Virus record (IMG/VR): IMGVR_UViG_3300045580_000181
Coordinates: 1 to 30,811 of that record
Length of the DNA: 30,811 nt
DNA from: a virus
Lineage: Duplodnaviria; Caudoviricetes
Reading direction: 5' to 3' (one strand)
Shown one piece after another: positions 24,706 through 30,811 of the stretch. The position numbers and the translations under genes are program-made. Position 1 is the stretch's first letter. Every line of letters starts with the position of its first letter. Below the pieces are notes generated by a model that saw only the letters and a list, made by a program, of their open reading frames with translations, was not told the DNA's origin and searched no databases.

Positions 24706-26062
24706 GGGTGTCTGCGATCGTCTCGCCGCCGAGGTAGTTCTGCGGCAGGCTCAGACCCTTCCCGTACATATCGAAGAGCCTGTCGAACGCGCGGACGAAC
24801 GCGCCCTCGTTGTTGTTGGAGAACTTCCGCAGCAAGCGGTCCTCGACGATGTAGTTCGTGGAGCCAGCGATGATCGACAGAGCCTGACCGCCTGGCGCGA
24901 TGGGTTTCATCTCGCACACGACGACCTCGTCGATGTAGACGGCCGCGGTTCCGATTCCCGTCGTCGCCTCGACCACGATGTAGGACGCAGCCGGCAGCAC
25001 CTTCGGAGAGCGGACGGTCGTCGAGTACAGCGCCCAGCTCGTCGTCAGGTCGCTCGCCACGGTCAGCGCCTTGGTCAGACTGCCGACGACGTTGTTGGAC
25101 GCGTCCTTGATCGAGACGCGGATAGCGCCCGTCGCGGACGCGTCCTTCTTCGCGGCGAAGACGAGCGCGTAGGGCCGATCGGGCTGGATCGTGCCGAGCG
25201 AACCGCTTGGGCTACCGAGCTGCTGGCGGATGCGCCAGGTGGTCGAGGTCGCCGGAGCCTTGAGGCATGACGCGCCGCGGTAGTAGGTTCCCGTCTCCGC
25301 AAGGAAGTCGGTTCCCGCCGTGCCGCTGACTACCGACCATTGATCGGGAACGTTGCTCGTCCAGTCCTCGAGGTCCGTGTTCGTGCCGATGTTCGCGTAC
25401 TGCGTGCCGTAGTCGATGCCGGCGGTTGCGCTTGCGAGCGTCATCTGCGCGCCCGATCCCGCGGGGAATCGCCAGTCGAGCCCGCCATAGGCGGCGGTTC
25501 CCGTGATGCGGAACAGCTCCGAGCCCGCGGTGAGCGCGCCGTCCTGCGCGTCCTGGATGCATTGCGCGACGAGGAGGTCGGTACGGATGTTGGGCCAGTC
25601 GTTGGTTGAGCCGAGCAGGACGTTCGGGGCTTCGTTCAGGAACAGCATCGTTCCGTTTCCCGTGCCGCTCGTACCAAGCACCCCGCCGGCGACCGTCGTT
25701 CCCTCGACCGAGTTGGAGGTCGCGTCCATGTCGCGGATGAGGTAGACCAGCGCGTCCTCGATCGCCTTGGTCCGCATCGTTCGGCTGCTGCTCGTCTGCG
25801 CGTCGACCCAGAGCATTTCCACCAGCGTCTTGACCGCCGCGGCCTGCACGTCGAGCAGCGCGTTCCCCGCTTCGGCCTGCCGCTGCTCGATGTTGCCCGA
25901 GAGCTGGTCGATCATGTAGCGGTCGGCCGCGCTGTACTCGCCCTGCACGTTGTCGAACAGCGTCTTGAGGTTGTTCTGGTGCGTGCGGATCGCGTCCATC
26001 ATGTAGATGAGCGCGCCGAGGCGGGTGAACAGACCGTTGGTTCCCGTGTAGGTGATCGCCAT
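24695..26062 (-). CDS. Virion structural protein with a carbohydrate-binding-like C-terminal domain (455 aa)
   Basis: NTDLEDWT..VPDQW...IRQQL...YIDEVVV jelly-roll pattern; last gene of the tail operon. Confidence 0.65.
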   Translation of the reverse strand: MAITYTGTNGLFTRLGALIYMMDAIRTHQNNLKTLFDNVQGEYSAADRYMIDQLSGNIEQRQAEAGNALLDVQAAAVKTLVEMLWVDAQTSSSRTMRTKAIEDALVYLIRDMDATSNSVEGTTVAGGVLGTSGTGNGTMLFLNEAPNVLLGSTNDWPNIRTDLLVAQCIQDAQDGALTAGSELFRITGTAAYGGLDWRFPAGSGAQMTLASATAGIDYGTQYANIGTNTDLEDWTSNVPDQWSVVSGTAGTDFLAETGTYYRGASCLKAPATSTTWRIRQQLGSPSGSLGTIQPDRPYALVFAAKKDASATGAIRVSIKDASNNVVGSLTKALTVASDLTTSWALYSTTVRSPKVLPAASYIVVEATTGIGTAAVYIDEVVVCEMKPIAPGGQALSIIAGSTNYIVEDRLLRKFSNNNEGAFVRAFDRLFDMYGKGLSLPQNYLGGETIADTLIA

Positions 26063-26064
26063 TT

Positions 26065-26313
26065 CTAGCCCTTCTTCTGTTCATCGGTGAACGGCATGGC
26101 CGCATTCAGCGCGGCGCGTCTCTCCTGGCATCCGCAGTCGCCACCGGCGACCGCCTCGACGACCTGCCCGATGCCGACCGCGTGCAGCGCGGAATGTACG
26201 ACATCCCCCATTCCTCGCGCGCGGCCGCGATAGCGGGCGCAAGTCGCGCACTTCGCATCGTCCGTAGCGCCTAGGATCGCGGCGTGGCTGCACCGATCGC
26301 CCTGGCGGAACAC
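26065..26313 (-). CDS. Small Cys-rich protein (RGMGDVV...GCQERRAALN)
   Basis: GTG start; CxxC and DCGC motifs. Confidence 0.65.
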   Translation of the reverse strand: MFRQGDRCSHAAILGATDDAKCATCARYRGRARGMGDVVHSALHAVGIGQVVEAVAGGDCGCQERRAALNAAMPFTDEQKKG

Positions 26314-26317
26314 GCAT

Positions 26318-27286
26318 TCAGCTGATGGCGGTGATCTGGAAGGCAGAAACCATCTCCTCACTGAACGTGCGCGCGACGATTCCGTCCTCGTTGTATGGCG
26401 GGAAGTTGAACGACGATCCGCATTGCAACGGCGGGCTCTGACCGAAGCATGAATGGGTATCGAAGATGTTCTCTGGACACATTTCGATCGCGTGCTGCAT
26501 ATCGGGATACGGCCGCGTCGTCGCGTTGCCGCCTGCGTCGGAGCAGATTCCGAACGACTTCTCCTGGTTCGTGCAGTTCTTGTTTCCCGTTCCCCACCAT
26601 ACCGGCTGACGAGCAGGCACAAGGCCGCATCCGTTGAAACCGTCGCAAGGCGATCCGAATCCGCTGATGGCGTAATCCTTGAACTGAAACGCATTCATGC
26701 AGCCAGGTCGCGTAGCGACTACCGACACGAACCGCGGTGCGGTGCTGTTGAATGCCACGCTGCCCTGCACAGAACCGTTCTCGCGGTAATAGGTGTCATT
26801 CCATTGAAACGGGCCGCCTTGTATCAATCGGAATCCAGAATAGATGTTTGAACCTGCTACGCATTGAAAGCAGAAAGGACGGGTTTGCAAGAAACCGCCA
26901 GCACCATCAAAAACGTCGTTTGTCAGCGGTGCGTCGACGATCGGCACGGCCACGCGCGTCTCTGCCAGATATCCCGAACGGCATGGGTAGCATGGCTGTA
27001 GACCTCCAAACGAATCGCTGTGAAACGCGTACCGCTCCGATGCCGCGTTCCAGCTGTAGGTTCCCGACTCAACGACCATGTAGGCGCTTGGCCCGCTGCC
27101 GACTCGGACGAAGGTCGCGTCAGCCGAAAAGGCCCATTCGCCGCCGCCGCGCTTCAGCGCGAACCATCGCTCGGTGATTCGGAATACGAACGACAGCGAC
27201 ACCGACACGCGGTTCGGAAGGCAAGCGTTCCATTGCGGGCAGTTGATAGCGCCGCCACAGCAGCACTTGCCCGCAAACTCAAACAT
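26318..27286 (-). CDS. Cys-rich tail-tip/receptor-binding candidate with N-terminal CCC
   Basis: MFEFAGKCCCGG...; many Cys and aromatic residues; lower GC than its flanks. Confidence 0.65.
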   Translation of the reverse strand: MFEFAGKCCCGGAINCPQWNACLPNRVSVSLSFVFRITERWFALKRGGGEWAFSADATFVRVGSGPSAYMVVESGTYSWNAASERYAFHSDSFGGLQPCYPCRSGYLAETRVAVPIVDAPLTNDVFDGAGGFLQTRPFCFQCVAGSNIYSGFRLIQGGPFQWNDTYYRENGSVQGSVAFNSTAPRFVSVVATRPGCMNAFQFKDYAISGFGSPCDGFNGCGLVPARQPVWWGTGNKNCTNQEKSFGICSDAGGNATTRPYPDMQHAIEMCPENIFDTHSCFGQSPPLQCGSSFNFPPYNEDGIVARTFSEEMVSAFQITAIS

Positions 27287-27644
27287 CCTGCTCGACCCCG
27301 TAGACCGTCGCGGCGATATGCGAAGCCGTGCTGCCGCGCGCGATCAGCTTCTCGCCAGCGCCCATATGCACGGCGAACTCAGCGACGGTCGTCGTATATG
27401 ACGCACAGTCCAGTTCATAGAACAGCGCGTTCGACGTTCCTGCCGACTCGCCTGGAATGACATGGAACACGCGGAGCGTGACCTTGCTCGAGTGCGTGTT
27501 GCAGAACACCATCGTCTCGACTTCCGCGATGCGGCCGCTCGGACACTCGTAGACGAGCGCGTCGGTCGCCGGCAGGACGCGCGCGGCAAGCCGCCGGCGC
27601 GGGCGCATCCGCCTGTAATCGGTGTTCGTCGTCGTCTCGCTCAT
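27279..27644 (-). CDS. Beta-sandwich tail-associated protein (121 aa)
   Basis: ATGA overlap; LVYECP...FCNT...MGAGEKL...TVYGVE. Confidence 0.7.
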   Translation of the reverse strand: MSETTTNTDYRRMRPRRRLAARVLPATDALVYECPSGRIAEVETMVFCNTHSSKVTLRVFHVIPGESAGTSNALFYELDCASYTTTVAEFAVHMGAGEKLIARGSTASHIAATVYGVEQDV

Positions 27645-28348
27645 GGGCAAGTCACCTCGTAGCCATTCGGAACGCAGAAGTTCCAGAAGCCGTTGCCGTC
27701 CTGCGTCGCTAGAACTATCACGTCGTTCCTGATCGGCTGGCGGATGTAGGTTCCTGGCGGCAGCTTTGCGCCTACGCCGTAAGTCGGGGCCGCGTCGAGC
27801 ACGTTCTCCGCGCCGTTGTACGCGAGGAACTGGCCGCCGTCGTTCGCGTAGGTGATCGGATTCGTGTTGCTCAGCTTGACCGGCTGGAGCGTGTAGTTCC
27901 ACCGCTGGTTCGCCGTCGCCACCGTGTTCGCGATCACCTTCGCCATGCGCCCGCCGTTGCCACCGCCCTGCATGGGATGGAAGACCAGCCGGCTCTTGTC
28001 GTCGTAGAGCGGGAACACCATCAGGATGTCGTTGGTGTTGAATCCCGTGCCGATGAGCGGGTAGCCCCATTGGTCGCCCTCGCGCTGCGAGGTACGACCG
28101 CCGGCCACGGGAACCGCGTTCCCGATGGCGCGGCTTTCGGGATAGGTATGCTCCGTGAAGCTCCACTCGTTGAACGTGCCGCTCTTGAGCGTCCCGACCT
28201 TGGCGAGAAACGGCGGCTGGTTGACGAGGCTACCCAGGCCGACGCGCGCGCTCGGCTGCTCGAGCGCTTCGATGCGGTCCATGATCTCGTTCAGCAGGCT
28301 GAACGTGAGATTGCCCGTACGGCCGCTGGTGAAACGCGTGAACGCCAT
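27641..28348 (-). CDS. Tail-tip protein with an internal duplication (235 aa)
   Basis: FLAKV...NEWSFTE and RMAKV...QRWNYTL halves. Confidence 0.65.
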   Translation of the reverse strand: MAFTRFTSGRTGNLTFSLLNEIMDRIEALEQPSARVGLGSLVNQPPFLAKVGTLKSGTFNEWSFTEHTYPESRAIGNAVPVAGGRTSQREGDQWGYPLIGTGFNTNDILMVFPLYDDKSRLVFHPMQGGGNGGRMAKVIANTVATANQRWNYTLQPVKLSNTNPITYANDGGQFLAYNGAENVLDAAPTYGVGAKLPPGTYIRQPIRNDVIVLATQDGNGFWNFCVPNGYEVTCP

Positions 28349-28351
28349 AGG

Positions 28352-28717
28352 TCAGTCGCTGAGGATGTAATACTGAAGGTCGACCGCCGCGGTGTTCGCC
28401 AGCGCGTACGGCGCGTTCGTGCCGAGACGCAGGATGCACGACTCGCCCGCCTTGAGCTTGACGAACGGATAGAACGTCGCGGAGACAAGCACGCCGACCT
28501 CGACGTAGTTGGCCGTCGCCGTATTGCGGAAGAACGCCCAGCCGGCTGTACCCGTGTCTCCGACCGCGACGGCCTCGGCGCTCGTCCCGATGCTCTGAAT
28601 GCCTCCGCAGCCGCGCTTGCCGGTCATGGTGATCGACTGCGTTCCTGGCTCCTCCTTGTGGACGAGGAAGCCGTTCTCAACGAGAAGACGGAGGTTGATC
28701 GTGATTTCGTTCGCCAT
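28352..28717 (-). CDS. Structural hypothetical protein (121 aa)
   Basis: GWAFFRN...NYVEVG...KLKAGE...LRL...YALANTA. Confidence 0.7.
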   Translation of the reverse strand: MANEITINLRLLVENGFLVHKEEPGTQSITMTGKRGCGGIQSIGTSAEAVAVGDTGTAGWAFFRNTATANYVEVGVLVSATFYPFVKLKAGESCILRLGTNAPYALANTAAVDLQYYILSD

Positions 28718-29532
28718 CAGAAGTTCTCGGAGATCAGGTTGAAGTTCGTCGTCGTCGGGTAGGGCTGAATCCAGCGGACGGAAATCGCGCGCGGATACGT
28801 CTGCGTCGGGTCGACCTCTGGCTGGCGCTGCGAGTTGAGCCGCGGCTGCTGGGCCATATGGTAGAACTGGTCGTAAAGGAACCGATGCGTGAGGCTGAAC
28901 GCCGTGAGCGTCACGCGTCGCGCGCTCGCGCCTTCATAGAGCAGCGTTCCCGTAGCCGCGCCGAAGAACGGAGAGGAGTTGCGCGTGCCGACCGCGCTGC
29001 GCGCTCGAGCCGTTGCGGCCTGTACGTCGGAGACAGCAATCGTTTCTTCGATGACGAGCCGATGCTGCTGGACGAGGACAGACATAGGCACGCCAGCCGC
29101 GTCGATCGGAGTTCCCGCACAGTCTGTAGTCGCGTTCGGCGCGCCTCCGAAGAGAGATAGATTCGGCTGCGTCCTGTAGAAGTCCTTGAACTGCGCGCCG
29201 TATTCCATCGACAGCTGGATATACCCAGGCTCGGTCGGCAGGATCTCAGGCGGCGGCGTTCCGCCTCCTCCGCTCTGGTAGGTGAACTCCACCCGCCAGA
29301 CGTTGTTTGAGTTGGCGATGATCTCGATTTCGTAGCTGACGGCGTAGACATCCGTTTCGCCTGGAAATACGTCACCGATGTCGGGCAGCCCAGCCGTACC
29401 GAATGCGATGCCAGACGGCTCCGAGATCGCCGTCGTGTCGTCGAATACATGGAACACGCGCGTTCCGCGGACGGATCCGCCACCCGTGCCGAGCCGCCGG
29501 CTCTCCTCTGATTCAAAGACGACGAGCGCCAT
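28717..29532 (-). CDS. Tail protein downstream of the tape measure (distal tail/hub-like)
   Basis: Position; GLPDIGDVFP...WRVEFTY...VGTRNSSPFFG..TGTLLYEG. Confidence 0.6.
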   Translation of the reverse strand: MALVVFESEESRRLGTGGGSVRGTRVFHVFDDTTAISEPSGIAFGTAGLPDIGDVFPGETDVYAVSYEIEIIANSNNVWRVEFTYQSGGGGTPPPEILPTEPGYIQLSMEYGAQFKDFYRTQPNLSLFGGAPNATTDCAGTPIDAAGVPMSVLVQQHRLVIEETIAVSDVQAATARARSAVGTRNSSPFFGAATGTLLYEGASARRVTLTAFSLTHRFLYDQFYHMAQQPRLNSQRQPEVDPTQTYPRAISVRWIQPYPTTTNFNLISENF

Positions 29533-30671
29533 TAGATCGGGCCTCCCTGCGTAGCGAGTTCATTCGCCTTGGATCGAATGAGCTGGACTTCGCGTAGCAG
29601 CTGGCTATCCACCTGCTTCTTCTCCGCGTCGGTGTACGCGGAGAATCGGAACGCGCCGAACGAGGTCTGCATCGTCCCCGTCTCCTGCGCGATCGCCATC
29701 CGCTGGTTCTCAAGTCCCTCGATCTGCTCCGCGGAGTCCTCGAGCGCCTTGCTGACATTTTTGGCCATCTCCTCTCCAACTGACGCCGCGAGATCGTTCA
29801 TCATCTCGATCTCGTCGAGGATGTCGGCCTGCGCCTGCGCGGCGGCCTTGTCGTCGGCCTCCTTGCGCTTGGCGACCTCGTCGTCGAAGCGCTTCTGGTA
29901 GGCGGCTGCTTCCTTCTCCGACGCGGTGCGGCGCGTGCGCTCAATCGACGCGGCCTCCAGCTTGGCGAGTTCGCGGATAGCCGCTTCCTCTGCCTTGAAC
30001 CGCTCGCGCGCTTCCTTCTGGTTCTGACGGTCGCCAAGTTCCGCAAGCTCGCGTTCCTGCGCCGCGCGCATCGCGGCCAGGTCGCCTTCCAGCTTCTCCG
30101 CGGCGGCGCGCTTCTTCGCCTCTGCCTCGCGGTTGATCGCCTCTACGACGTTGCCTTCGGCGCGAAGCCTGTCGATCTCGTCGCGCTCGCGCGCCGATGT
30201 CAGGCTCGCTTGCAGCTGCTCGGGACGGTCCAGCCGCTCGCCGAGGAACTTCAGCCGAAGTTTCTGCGCGCGCTGCTCGGCCTCCATGTCAAGCTCTGCG
30301 AGCGCCTTGCCTGCCTCGTCGCTGATGATGTCGCCAATGGACTTGCCGATGCCGTAGAAGATGCCGACGACGGGAATCCGCTCGAGCGCCTGCGTAATGC
30401 CCTCTGCCCATGTACCGCCGTCCGCGACGGTGCGAAGCACGCCGTTGAGGGCGTTGGCGATCGACAGCGCGCCGGCCGCCTTGGTCAGCTTCATGCCCAT
30501 GTCGTTCGCGGCCTGGTCGATGTATCTCCGCGCGTGACCTTCAAAGCCCTTGCCGAACTTGTCGCCGGCGGCATCGCCGTGCGCCTGCGACTTGGAGACG
30601 ACATCAGCGAGCTGCCCATCGAGAGCAGCGTAGTTCGCAATCACGGAGATTTCGATTTCGCCGGCCTTCAT
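29532..30671 (-). CDS. Short tape measure protein (379 aa)
   Basis: MKAGEIEISVIAN N-term; Ala/Gly-rich then long helical charged region; position in the tail operon. Confidence 0.7.
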   Translation of the reverse strand: MKAGEIEISVIANYAALDGQLADVVSKSQAHGDAAGDKFGKGFEGHARRYIDQAANDMGMKLTKAAGALSIANALNGVLRTVADGGTWAEGITQALERIPVVGIFYGIGKSIGDIISDEAGKALAELDMEAEQRAQKLRLKFLGERLDRPEQLQASLTSARERDEIDRLRAEGNVVEAINREAEAKKRAAAEKLEGDLAAMRAAQERELAELGDRQNQKEARERFKAEEAAIRELAKLEAASIERTRRTASEKEAAAYQKRFDDEVAKRKEADDKAAAQAQADILDEIEMMNDLAASVGEEMAKNVSKALEDSAEQIEGLENQRMAIAQETGTMQTSFGAFRFSAYTDAEKKQVDSQLLREVQLIRSKANELATQGGPI

Positions 30672-30811
30672 CGCCTCGCGGCCTCCTCGACGTAGCGTCT
30701 ATGCCACGGCCTCTCATCGACCGAGCCACCGTTCGCCGCTAGTGCGAGGTGGCGGTCGAACTCCGCGACCGTCATGTCGAGCGGGTTCCCGAGCCCTGGC
30801 GCGGATCGCGC
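30668..30811 (-). CDS. C-terminal part of a probable tail assembly chaperone
   Basis: ...PGLGNPLDMTVAEFDRHL...YVEEAARR*; stop overlaps the tape measure ATG. Confidence 0.55.
   Translation of the reverse strand, partial: ARSAPGLGNPLDMTVAEFDRHLALAANGGSVDERPWHRRYVEEAARR

Noticed and set aside
26314-26694. Upstream extension or frameshift fusion for the small Cys-rich gene
   Set aside because: The frame is open, but there is no slippery site and the GTG at 26313 is sufficient.
1-30811. CRISPR array, DGR or retron, integrase/att site
   Set aside because: No regularly spaced repeats, no reverse transcriptase motifs and no recombinase seen.

Overview
About 31 kb of a GC-rich tailed dsDNA phage genome (HK97-type head, apparently a short non-contractile tail). 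Almost every gene is on the minus strand and most are chained by ATGA/GTGA/TTGA overlaps. In transcription order (right to left): tail chaperone end, short tape measure, tail-tip and Cys-rich proteins; an early region (Bet/RecT recombinase, SNase-like nuclease, Gp157, a divergent CsrA-like protein, two HTH proteins, RusA); fibre, holin and spanin-like genes; FkbM and ParB-fused DNA methyltransferases; TerS/TerL; a portal-gpF fusion; protease; major capsid; a decoration protein; a glycosyltransferase; and neck and tail-completion genes. Both window ends fall inside the tail operon, so this may be nearly a whole circularly permuted genome. No integrase, polymerase, helicase or endolysin was recognised. 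The most notable signal is a candidate phage-encoded post-transcriptional control system. It consists of a CsrA-like gene, repeated ACGGA-loop hairpins just upstream of Shine-Dalgarno sites of early operon-leading genes, an antisense ACGGAC-hexaloop hairpin, and a long inverted repeat that would sequester the RBS and start codon of the nuclease gene. All family calls come from motif recognition by eye, not database searches.
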